Counted from the stretch's first letter, positions 22,441 through 33,147 are shown. The stretch: 41,606 bases of DNA from Octopus bimaculoides (GCF_001194135.2 NC_068982.1:39174456-39216061), one strand, 5' to 3'. The notes: a model not told the origin generated them from the sequence alone. Numbers and translations are program-made.

Positions 22441-24138
22441 TACCTGGTTGATCCTGTCAGTTGTCATATGCTTGTCTCAAAGCTTAAACCATGCAAGTGT
22501 AAGTTCATGCCGTAAACGAATGGTGAAATAGCTCAGGAACAGGATAGCTCTGGATCGTATTCCTCATCACGAGGAGAGTGGATAACTGTGGCAATTCTAG
22601 AGCTAATAATACAATCGAAGCCGCGATCGCAGGTCGCACCCGGGCGTCGTTCCGAAAGACGGCGTTCGGCAGTCACCGTTCGGCAGCCCACTGTCGACGG
22701 CCCGGTAAGTGCCGACCATGGTAGCAACGGGTAATGGGAAATCAGGATTCAATTCAAAGACGGAGCATGCGAAACGGCTACCAGGCGTGCAAATTACCCA
22801 CTCCCGGCACGGGGAGTTAGTGACGAAAAATAACGACGCGGGACTCGTGATCGGAATGAATGCACTTCAAATCCGTTAATGAGGATAGACCGGAGGGCAG
22901 GTCTGGTGCTAGCAGCCGCGGTAATTTCAGCTCCGGTAGCGTATATTAAAATTGTTGTGTTTGAAAAGCTCATAGTCGGCATTCGGGTTCTGAAAACGTG
23001 CCCCAGCACGTTCGGGGCGACGGTGCCGTCGCCGACGCGCCTCGCACACGTCAGCTTCAGTCGTCTGTTAGCACTCCTGGCCCTATTCGCCGGTGCATGC
23101 GCAGCCGGGCCGCCGAGATCTGAGCGCATCACTGCCGGGTCGGCTGCCCTGCCCTGTCTTCGCCCGTCCAATTTCACGCTCACGCGGCGACGCTCCAGTG
23201 GCGACGCTCCAGCAGCGACGCTCCAGCGGTGACGCTCCAGCGGCGAAGCTCCAGCGGCGTCGCGTGGGTTGGGGCTGGAGCCACGAGGCAGCCGTCGTCG
23301 GGCTCTCCATCCACGTTGCGGTCGTTTCGGCCGCATTGTTCTTCGGAGTTTGCTCTTCGCTGAGTGTTTGAGTACGTTCACCGTGAAAAAATTAGAGTGC
23401 TCAGAGCGAGCCATGCTGGCTTGCATACAAAAAGCATGGAATGATGGAAAATGGCCTCGTCCACGTGCCATTTGTCGGTCTCCGTTCACGAAAAGGCAAT
23501 GATCGAAGGGAGCGATCGGGGACACTCATATTGCGACCTTAGCGGTGAAATTCTTGGATCGTCGCAAGATGCATTGCAGCGACGACGTGTGGCAAGCACG
23601 TTTTCCTTGTTCAAGAGCGAGTGTCGGAGGTTCGAAAGCGGTCAGATACCGTCGTAGTTCCGACTGTAAACGATGCCGACGTCGGCGTTCGGTTCGATCA
23701 CACGGCTGGTAGCCTGCGCGGGAAGCCATTGTCGGTTCTGGGAGGAGTATGGTTGCAAAACAGAAACTTAAAAGAATTGACGAAATGGCACCACCAGTAG
23801 TGGAGCCTGCGGCTTAATTTGACTCAACACGGGGAAACTCACCCGGTTCGGACACCGGTAGGATTGAAAGAGCGATAGCTCTCTCTCGATTCGGTGGGTG
23901 GTGAAGCATGGCCGTCCTTAGTTGGTGGAGCGATCCGTTTTGTTGATCCCGATAACTAACTAGTGCGTCGATCAGTGCTTTTTCGGTAACGCGGCGGCGC
24001 TGAAGCCGTCGTCGGTAGCTCCACGCGCGACCCGGGCCTCCCTTTGCCGCCACTTTCCTTTGCGTCCGGCACTGCGGCCGCGTTCGGCTGCTGCCTCCTC
24101 GCGGGGTTGTTTCGGCGGTGGTGACCGGTCAGCTCGGC
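22441..24138 (+). pseudogene. 18S rRNA pseudogene, 3'-truncated within the V7-region expansion
   Basis: Starts TACCTGGTTGATCCTGTCAG. Contains CAGCAGCCGCGGTAAT, CAGATACCGTCGTAGT, GAAACTTAAAAGAATTGACG and GCTTAATTTGACTCAACACGGG. Lesions in conserved regions include an about 7-nt loss after GTGAAA (22528), loss of CATCCAAGGAAGGCAGCA after 22783, a loss after GATAAC near 23955, and many substitutions. The 3' conserved helices, ITS and 5.8S are absent. Confidence 0.95.
23187..23256 (+). repeat. 14-bp minisatellite (GCGACGCTCCAGCG) x5 inside the 18S V4 expansion
   Basis: Units start at 23187, 23201, 23215, 23229 and 23243, each with at most one substitution. Confidence 0.95.
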
Positions 24139-24689
24139 AATTTGAAAAATATTTTAACAAGGTGTTACCTCGATGTATAAAACAAACGAAGAAATGAATT
24201 ACAAAAATGAAATTACAAAGAAAAGAATTATGAAACTGTCTCTTATATAATCAATTTAAGTAGTCACCACGACATAGGTCATCTTCAATTGCAGGCAAGT
24301 GCATAAATTCTTTGCCAATTTTAATCTGACCATCACCTTCGAGGGCAACATCAAAAAAGCGTTATCTTTGGTTCCTTGGCGTTATCTTTAGATCTAAACT
24401 CATCTTTATATTCTGCAACTGCAAAACAAACGAATACACTAAGTATATCAATACTAAATTTAACCATCATAGGCCCACATTAAATAGCATTATAAATAGC
24501 GTTTGAATTAGAACCTCCAGCGTGTTTGTAAATAAGGAAAATTTCAATAACTAAATTACTTTCTATCAGCAGGTCTTACTTACTCTGGCAAAATAAATTT
24601 TCCCCCGACACCAACCTTAAGAATTACTCTGTTAGAGTTGAAATCTAAAGTTGCGGAGGCTACCCATAATGCTCTCAGCTTTAACATAC

Positions 24690-26360
24690 ACACCTACCCT
24701 GCTAGCAACAGCAATCCATCACATCATTACCTCTTTTCAAAAGTGTATTAATAAAGGCGTTCCCCTGCGAGGCTTAACAACAGGATTCTTACATGGAAAA
24801 AAACCTGAAACGAGAACTAGAAGCCTGGTATATACTAAGCTCCTAACTCCCAAACCTCGGAATTACCTAGCAAAAGCTGGAGGTAACATATCCTTTGGGG
24901 TGCACCATCCTTCTGGTTTTAACTTAATGGATTACCAACACAATTCTTTTAGTATTATTAAATCAACTTTTCCTCCCAGAACGTAGGTATCACTCAATTT
25001 TTAATCTCCACTATTTAACTCATAAAACCCAAAACCATCCCCATTAAAAGGAATATTCCAGGGAGACGTTCTCTTCACTTCTTTTCTTCTTGGCACTGAC
25101 ACGCTTATCTGACATGATCAACAGAACTAGACGTGGATACAGCTGTTACAGAAAAACAAATAGCCCTCTCTTATTTGTGGATGATCTAAAACTGTACGCT
25201 ACAAGTGATAAACAGCTGGAAACATTACTACAGACAGTACGTGGATGTACCAAAGAAATAAACATGAAATCTGGTTTAGAAAAATGTGCCGAAGCAACCT
25301 TGAAAAGAGGAAAACTAGTTAAGAGTAGCAACATCACACTAGATAAGAGAATTAGACCAAAACCAGACATACAAATACTTCGGAATCAATGAACTCGATA
25401 CAACACACACAAATGAAAGAGAAGATAAAAAAGGAATATTATATACAAAATAAGCACCGTAGGACTACAGAAATACCTACTTCATAAGCAAGGAAAACTA
25501 AAACAAATAGCCACAAAACACGAACAAAACAAAAGCTGTTTACAGTCTTTAAGGAAGCTGACAAATACAGAAAAGAAGTCATAGTACTTAACAAATAAGA
25601 AGAAAAAGCTGAAAAACAATTGAAATCCAAACTAAAACTGGAACAGCAACGGATCGTAATAAAACGATGGCAAGAAAAGCCCCTTCATGGCAAATATTAG
25701 GTTAAACTAGACAGAAAAGAAATAAACAAAGCAAAATCCCAACAATGGTTGAGAAGTTCAGGACTCAAAGCAGAGACTGAAGGATTTTTAATTGCAGCAC
25801 AAGAACAAAGCCTTCCCACTAGAAATCACCAAAAATAGTACAAAGAAATACAAGTAACTCCAGAATATCTGGAGATGGTGAAGAAACAATAAATCATATT
25901 GTCTCTGGCTGCCCAGTCCTGGCTAAGATGGAATATATTTACAGACACGACAGAGTTGGGACCTATACACACTGGAAGCTATGCCGACACTAAGGAATAA
26001 CAATAGAAAAACGATGGTATAGGCACACCCCAGAAATTAAGAGAACTTAAGGCCAATAGGTCGAATATAGTTGTCAGAGATCACCAAGAAAAAAATGCTT
26101 TCTAATCGATGTATCAATACCAACAGATGACAACGTTTCTCTAAAAGAAACGGAGTAACTTTCTAATTACAAAGATCTGGAAATAGAGGTAATTCAAATG
26201 TGGGGGCCTAAAAACAGAAATATTTCCTATTATAGTAGGTGCATTAGGTATGATAAAAACATTCAGATAAATACATAACAAAAAGGCCAGGACTTACACG
26301 TATATATAACATACAGAAAATAAGAGCACCACAACAAACCACAGCACATACTCAAGGCAA
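24690..26360 (+). mobile_element. Decayed RLE-type non-LTR retrotransposon (RT + CCHC + restriction-like endonuclease; R4/Dong-like)
   Basis: Fragments in order: LTTG..YTKLLT; IFQGD; LLFVDDLKLYATSDKQLETLLQTV..GLEKCA; WQEKPLHG; WLRSSGLKAETEGFLIAAQEQSLPTRN; EETINHIVSGCPVLAKMEYIYRHDRVG; NRSNIVVRDHQEK..FLIDVSIPTDDNVSLKE; IVGALG; AHIL. Many stops and frameshifts. Confidence 0.92.
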
Positions 26361-26419
26361 ACAGAGCTGCGCTCGGTGGTGCAGTGAAAGCACATGATAA
26401 AATAAGGCTACAGAATAGG

Positions 26420-26870
26420 GCCACAGCAAATATTCTGCTCAATACCACAGATTTGCATGTCAGTTGTTTGACCTTAACCAGTTGAGTATGTCCCTTAGTG
26501 GCTGACGATATGTGCGTCTTTGATCGCGAGCAGAAGTGGTGGGAGAGCATCATAGAAGAATTCTTTGGAGTTTGGATAATTCACTTTTGGAAATAAGTAT
26601 GTTCCGTGCATCATCCTTAAATCACTCTAATTTAAGGACATTTTGAGCGGGATGGACTACTCGACCTGAAGAAAATTCTGACTGGGTCCCACCTGCAAGG
26701 TCATGCGCTGTTTATCCTGATATGAGATCACCATGTCGTGCACATATGGTTGTGGTGCATGTTCCTGGTGTACCCTTATAAGGTGAGTAGGCATGATGAG
26801 TATATTGGGCTTCGGATATTTTACCCCAGTGTCACTTTAATGGCATGCACTTCCCTCTCACTCAATAATA
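26420..26870. repeat. Probable unclassified interspersed repeat
   Basis: Higher-complexity, GC-elevated block directly after the retrotransposon, without an ORF. Family not identified. Confidence 0.3.
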
Positions 26871-26914
26871 ATTACTTTATTGATCACAAAAGGTTTAGAT
26901 CAAGAAAGGCATTA

Positions 26915-27298
26915 TAATAATGCCAAGAGCGCTCACAGAGCGCAAACCTCTGCCAAGGCGACGTCCTCTCAAAGATTAGCCAGAAATGATTTTTAAAATG
27001 AGAATATCTGAAATAAACTCGACTGCTCTCACAAACGAGAATACTGAAAATGAACCCGACCGCTCTCAAAAATTAAGTAAAAAAAACAAAACAAAAAGAA
27101 GGAAAAATAATCCAGGATAGTTGTCCGGTACCGGATCGATCCCAAAAATCTAATCAGTTTGTGCCAGTCACAAAGCCAAATATCCCTGAAAGTTTCATCC
27201 GAATCCATCCAATGGTTCTTGAGGTATCTTGTCCTCGGACAAACAAACAAACACGACTGAAAACAACACCTCCGCCTTCGTGAAGGCGAAGGTAATAA
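26915..27298 (-). mobile_element. Helentron-associated non-autonomous element (HINE/DINE-1-like)
   Basis: 5' end has the hairpin ACCTCCGCCTTC-GT-GAAGGCGAAGGT (27268-27293) followed by a (GTTT)n microsatellite. 3' end has the subterminal repeat ACCTCTGCC (26946-26954), the hairpin GCGCTC-ACA-GAGCGC (26929-26943) and a T-rich end. Confidence 0.75.
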
Positions 27299-28085
27299 TA
27301 GAGGTTTTTTTTTTAGTAAAAGGCAAAAGATTTATCCGCTCGGGGTGGCAATTAGTAGTAATCATAGGAAGAGTAAGTATTAAAACATAAGAGAAAACGC
27401 GGGTAGTAATGCTAAGCACTGCAAGAAGACTTACTCATACACTCTAGTAATAGTAATATCGATAATACGGAAATTATTTCGGGAAGTAATAATATAGAGA
27501 GGCGTGGATGGGAAACGAGCAATAATTATTATAATACCATTATGAACTCCACCAGACATAGAAATGATGTTGAAAGTAATGTTAAATTAAATAACAATCA
27601 ATACAGGGACCTGGTGGTACTGACTAATCAAGACTGAAACGGTAGATATATGAGATCTGACAACACAGTTGCAGCAACATAATAAACAATAGAATTCATT
27701 CGCACCGCACTAGAAATGTTTTGATAGCTGGTCGGAATCTTAATAACAATACTACAAATAAACACTGCAGAAACCGTCTTATAGGAAGAATTGCAACCTT
27801 GGGACACCCGCTAATTGCCTCTTGAATAGCAATTGCTTTGCATCATGATATAGTTTATAAATGCTCCGTGCTTGAACAACAGAACTTCATTAAAAATATA
27901 TACAGGTGCATTGGTTAACTTTAAGCGTCAATTTTTTGCTCATCTTAGCACATTTACTTCAGCTAAACGCAATAATTCTACCTCACTACATAGCCCACAT
28001 ACACAAAGTAAAGAATGATAGTGCCCCATGTAGTATTGCATAGTCTATCATCATTACTGCAAAGATTTGTCATACATGCATAGAT

Positions 28086-28120
<35 letters not shown>

Positions 28121-28409
28121 NNNNNNNNNNTGAGTTCATCCATGAAAATCCACAGTCACATATAGAAAAATTTCATAAGTAAATACATTAAAAAGAACTA
28201 TAATAAAATACAAAGTAATAATCATTAAAATAATAAAACGACTACACGTGTTTCATAACCAAATTTTCAAATAGAAAATGAAATAAAATAAAATCGATTA
28301 AAATAAATCGATCGAAAATCAATTCTATTAAAAAATATAGCTAATCTTCGGGTCAAAATACAATAATAAAAATAAAATGAATGTATATATATCCACCAAC
28401 AATAAATAA

Positions 28410-28795
28410 CAAATGTATTTATATAAAAAATACTTACTATATCAAGAAGTAAAAGTACTTATTTTACTAATAAACAAAAGGAAAATATTTAACGATATTA
28501 TATTTATCGAAGCTTTAGTTTAAACTAAAATTAAACTTTATACTATTAACATATCGTTTATTAGAATATCAGCTAACAATATATAACAAATGAATTTCTA
28601 TAAAAATACTTATTTTACCAATAAATAAAAGAAAAAATGTTTAACAATATTATTTAAAATAAATGTAATACTTATCTTATCGAAGTTTTAAGTTAAACTA
28701 AAATTATAAACGTGACATTAATAACTTTACGTTTATTAGAATATAAACTAACAGAAATATTAAATGAATTTATATAAAAATATTTATTTCACCAA
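28410..28795. repeat. AT-rich about 174-bp tandem repeat, about 2.2 copies
   Basis: TTATCGAAG..AAACTAAAATT at about 28504 and 28677; CGTTTATTAGAATAT at about 28555 and 28730; AAATGAATTT..ATAAAAATA at about 28588 and 28762. Confidence 0.75.
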
Positions 28796-29134
28796 GTGCT
28801 GCCTTCGCGCCATGTTATTATTATTGCCATCGTTGTCACCGCCGCTGCTGCTGTCGTTGTTAGTCGCATTGTGGATACTGTCGCGGCCGTCTGTGAAGTT
28901 ACTGTGTTTGTGTTTGTGTATGTATGTAGATTCACTTCTTATGTTGCGTGTATCTATGCCCTTTATATAGATATATTTATTTATTATCCATCTCTATTTC
29001 TTATATCTGTTACAAATATATTCATTTATTTATTTCTTAATTTTTATTTATCTATCTCTATTTCTTATATGTACCACAGGTATGTGCATATGTGTCTATT
29101 GTGTGTGTATTACCCTGTTTGTATCTGTTTTAAT

Positions 29135-29143
29135 TTATTATTA

Positions 29144-29211
<68 letters not shown>

Positions 29212-29212
29212 T
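29135..29212. repeat. (ATT)n microsatellite
   Basis: Direct inspection. Confidence 0.95.
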
Positions 29213-29274
29213 ATTTTTTCGTCTCTTTTCTTCCTTCTGTCTTTAGTCATGTGGTGTAGTGTAGTGGTGGGTGT

Positions 29275-29880
29275 GATTGTTCCATTCGTGTTTTCTATTG
29301 AAGCTTGGTCTGTCTACTGATGTGTGTGTAGCCTCTGTGATCTGTCTAAGTGTCGTGTCAGTTCTATGCGTCAATAATACTTTAACCTCATTGTTAATCG
29401 AACCTCCATGCACTGCCTGAGCATGCTGGCAGAGTACTGACGAGCCTTTCTCTTCTTTGAGTTCTCTCTAGTGTTCACCTATACGCTCCACTATGCTGCG
29501 TGCAGACTCTTCAATGTAAGTAGTTGCCATGTTTCTGCACAGGCCCTCAGTACATCGTAAGCTATTCACTATATTCCTAACATTACAGTTAACCAGTGTG
29601 TTCGTCCTACATGCAATGCAATTGTTCTCCGTACATGGGGACTTCAGAAAGGTTTTACAGATCAGGGATTTTATAGGGACACCAGGCCTGTCTACTACTT
29701 TAATCGGTAGATTAGTCTTAATGATTTTCAAGAAAGATATGCTAGTTCGCCGCCAGGGGTAGCATCGACGAATATGACGCTCTGGTATTTTGTGTTGTCA
29801 TACCAAGAGTTGGCCTTATCTATTTTATTTCTGGTCCTTTCTGTGCTGTTCCAGGATTTACTCTTGAACAGCGGGCAGGA
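29275..29880 (-). mobile_element. Penelope-like retroelement remnant: RT thumb end, Cys-rich linker and GIY-YIG endonuclease
   Basis: KANSWYDNTKYQSVIFVDATPGGELA / frameshift / IKVVDRPGVPIKSLICK..CTENNCIAC..NCNVRNIVNSLRCTEGLC..TYIEESARSIVERIGEH*RELKEEKGSSVLCQHAQAVHGG..VKVLLTH..LRQITEA..PSFNRKHEWNN. One frameshift and one stop. Confidence 0.88.
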
Positions 29881-30621
29881 TCCCGCGCGCGCGCGCGTGT
29901 GTGTGCGTGTGTGTGCGCGCGCCTGCATGTGTGCCTGCATACGCGCACGCGTGTCTGTATGTGTGACTGTGCGTGTGTACGTGTGCGCGCGCATTTAATG
30001 TATTGAAATGGCTTCGAAGTTTACCCATTTGCTACACTTTTGAAGTTGCAAAACGTACTCTGCTTTACTGTTTATATAATTGAGTTTTTTTTTTATTTGA
30101 GTAGTGGGATTTAATATATGATGTTTGGAGATCGTTCTGATATTGAAATAGAAGTATGGCTATTAAGAAAGGTTGACAATTACTTCAGTATGTAAAACTA
30201 CGTATATAATTAAAACTTCACTCGTTCCCAACCACTAACATTTTCTTCCCATCCCTTCATCTCCTTCTTTTTCACCACTACGGTTTTCTCCGTATAGCCT
30301 TCATATGTTATTTATCTCCATATTTTTTATTTGATGTTATAATTACCAATATTCCTTATCGTCTCAAAAATTCTGTTTCACAACCAGAATGGTTTGCAAC
30401 TACGTCGTACAAACGCTCATAGAAAGGCCCTACTATTAAAAGTCGTACAAGCAGAGAAAATTTTGCAGCCTAGAGTGGTCGAGAACTGGCGAAACTTTGA
30501 CGAAACTTACTAAAAATATCTGACTCTAAATTTGTAATGAATCCATTCTTCAGTTAATCATCGCAGATTATAAATTCCAACTAGCTTCATNNNNNNNNNN
30601 ACACACACACACACACACACA

Positions 30622-30822
30622 CATTACGGAGATGTACTTGCATGGCAAGCGATCTGATCTGAGATCGTGTGCTGAAACAAAAACAATTGCAGCGTGGAAG
30701 GTGTTTATAAACCATTTAAAAACACACAAAAACCGTTAGATTCACTTCAACATTTAAATTTAATTTGCCAAAATATTTTCGTCGCTTTGTGACCGCGACC
30801 TGATCACTGACAAAATTCTGTG
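30622..30822 (-). mobile_element. Short repeat module carrying a variant hammerhead (putative Penelope-associated/retrozyme-like unit)
   Basis: About 200-bp non-simple sequence bounded by CA/GT microsatellites and containing the 30762-30817 motif. Repetitiveness is inferred and not shown within the window. Confidence 0.45.
30762..30817 (-). ncRNA. Variant minimal type I hammerhead ribozyme with G3:C8 core swap
   Basis: Minus strand: AAUUUUGUCA-GUGAUCA-G-GUCGC-GGUCACAAA-GCGAC-GAA-AAUAUU-U-UGGCAAAUU. Stem I has 7 contiguous bp (one G.U) extendable to 9 with a bulge; stem II is 5 bp; stem III is a perfect palindrome. Confidence 0.7.
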
Positions 30823-30943
30823 CGTGCATGTGCGCGTGTGTGTGTTTAAATACACACATATACTTACATACTCCATAGATATTAAAACCCGCAAGATCAA
30901 AATATCAACTGGGAACTTCCGCAGAAACAGCAGCAAAAATAAA

Positions 30944-31372
30944 TCTTTTACCTGTTACTTGTTTCATCCATTTCACTGCATCTGTGCTGGGGCACTGCCT
31001 TGAGAAATTTTAAGTCGAATGAATCGAGCCCAGTACTTTTCTTTCTTGAGCTCGATACTTATTTTATCGGCCTCTTTTGCCGAACCGCTAAGTTATGGGG
31101 AGGTAACACACCAACACCAGTTGTGAAGCGTTGGTGGGGGACAAATATAGGCACAAAAACGTGCACACACACAAACACGCACATACACACACACACACAC
31201 ACACATTTATACCACAGGTTTCTTTCAGTTTCTATCTACCATATACATTCACAAGTCGTTGGTCGTGCCGAAGCTATAGAAGAAGACAGTTGCCCAAAGT
31301 GTCAGGCAGTGGGACTGAACCTGGAATCATGTGATTAGGAAACAAGCTTTTACCACACAGCCATGCTTGCGC
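30944..31372 (-). mobile_element. SINE family B
   Basis: Reverse complement of the 2441-2820 family with an internal CA microsatellite. Confidence 0.85.
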
Positions 31373-31559
31373 TTGTGTAAAGTTAGTGTTGAAAAACGAA
31401 GAGAACAATATCCTGTATGCAGGCAGTGAACTCGTCAGAAAGAACTCTCTTTCTGATGACCTCCCATAAAACTCCAAAACAGCCGGACTAACAAACCTGT
31501 AAGAAAACCTGAATGGGAAACGTGTACCAGAAGTGTCTATGCCTGGGTATATTTCCTGA

Positions 31560-32030
31560 AGATTTGAAAAAACTCTAATATTGACATAAAACGCAGCCTC
31601 TCTTGGATTCGTGCCCGTTACATCACATCTCTAATGCATTGGCAATCCAAGAACAGATAATAGTTACAAAATACTTAATAAACAAAACAAACACTGAAGT
31701 CCTTGGAGCTCCGACATCCAACCGAAAATGTAAATTATATCATGTCTGTGGAAGACGTCACGCATGTAATTAGCATCTGTCCAAGCATGTCATCAAGGTA
31801 TTCGCTCCTATGCGATAGGATGCCGTCGCTAATACAATACCATTAGGAAGAAAAGACAGTCCTGAAATGATATACAGAATTCCGCTGTTATTAAATACAT
31901 ACACAAACATCAGCACATGGAATATTCGTGGAACATTACCATTAAAATTCTGTTAAGCGTAAACATAATAGGCCGAATATTTTTGTTTGGGACAGACAAA
32001 GAAAGTCTTTACCGTTACTGGGCTCTGTTG
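31560..32030 (+). mobile_element. Second decayed RLE-type non-LTR retrotransposon fragment (CCHC + RLE)
   Basis: AIQEQIIVTKYL..KCKL..VEDVTHVISICPSMSSRY..EYSWNITIK..HNRPNIFVWDRQRK, across frameshifts. Confidence 0.75.
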
Positions 32031-32132
32031 CCTTGCTAATCTGAATTTCCTTTTGAAAAATCAAAGAAAATCAGGATAACTATGGGCAACTGCTCTGAAA
32101 CGTCTTGCTTATATGTATGTGTGTGTGTGTGT

Positions 32133-32165
<33 letters not shown>

Positions 32166-32197
32166 AGCGTGTGTGTATGTGTGTGTGTAATAATAAA

Positions 32198-32275
<78 letters not shown>

Positions 32276-32289
32276 ACACATATATATAT

Positions 32290-32877
32290 GCATGTATAAG
32301 TACAGGACGTCACCAACTGTGTAAACAACATGAAATATGTAGACAAACGAGTTAAATACGTAAACAAGGAGAGGAGTAAAAATGGAAGACGGGACAAGTA
32401 AGCACAGAAAAACGACACTTCATCAGTTGTCAGCTGTCTGTCTACTACTCATTTCAGTAATTCAACGACAATATGAGTCTTCAAAGACATAAATTCTGAA
32501 GTCAAGTTTAGGATTTATGTAGGGTCAAAGTTGGGAGCAAAAGCAGGACAGTGGAGATATACCAGGAAACCGAACGAGAACAAGCATGGAGGGTCTTTGA
32601 AAAGAGAAAGGATAGAAGAGAGAAAGAAAAACGTCCAGTCCTTTGAACGTCCGCGCAGGAAAAGAAAGATCGTCACGTGAGGAAAGGAAAGATGGACGAT
32701 TGTCACGTGTGAGCAACGAGAGAGAGAAAAGACACAGAGGGAGAGGGAGAGACTGATAAAAACGGCGAAAGAAGGAGGGGAACAAAAAGGGAATTAGAGA
32801 AGGTAGAAAACAGTATAGAGTAGAGTCGCATCAAAAAGGTGAAGATAAACTTACTTGGAAATGGATGCGTGGCGTTC
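32290..32877 (-). repeat. Diverged member of the 19443-20208 repeat family
   Basis: Shared ordered blocks on the minus strand: GAACGCC..CCATT..AAGTAA..TTTTTGATGCGACTCTACTC, a pyrimidine tract, CTGATGAAG, TTGTCTAC and GTCCTGTAC..ATGC. A partial further copy lies at about 33243-33295. Confidence 0.65.
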
Positions 32878-32903
32878 AAATAAATAATAATAATAAATAA
32901 TTG

Positions 32904-33135
32904 AGCGGTGAGCTGGCAGGATCGTTAGCACGCCGGGCGAAATGCTAAGCAATATTTAGTCTGCTGTTACGTTCTGAGTTCCAAATTCCACCGAGGTCGA
33001 CTTTGCTCTTCATCTTTCCGAGGTCGATTAAATAAGTACCAGCTACGCACTGGGATGGATGTAGTCGACTTAATCCCTTTGTCTGTCCTTGTTTGTCTCC
33101 TCTATGTTTAGCCCCTGTGGGCAATAAATAAATAA
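32904..33135 (+). mobile_element. SINE family A, near full length
   Basis: GCGGTGAGCTGGCAGGATCGTTAGCACGCCGGGCGAAATGC...GTTCTGAGTTCCAAATTCCACCGAGGTCGACTTTG...TTTAGCCCCTGTGGGCAATAAA; near-duplicate of 33984-34218. Confidence 0.9.
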
Positions 33136-33147
33136 ATAATATATATG

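Noticed and set aside
22441-24138. Functional 18S rRNA gene
   Set aside because: Deletions and substitutions in invariant helices, 3' truncation, and no ITS/5.8S/28S.
21879-24160. Long GC-rich ORFs on both strands (up to 243 aa)
   Set aside because: They overlap the ETS/18S fragment; stop-poor GC-rich rDNA produces shadow ORFs.
28796-29320. 174-aa hydrophobic, poly-Leu ORF resembling a membrane protein
   Set aside because: Built from (ATT)n and T-rich low-complexity DNA, and antisense to the Penelope-like remnant end.
31450-31530. CTGATGA...GGGAAACGTGTA hammerhead look-alike
   Set aside because: Stem II is not in register with the core, and the putative stem I partner overlaps the core.
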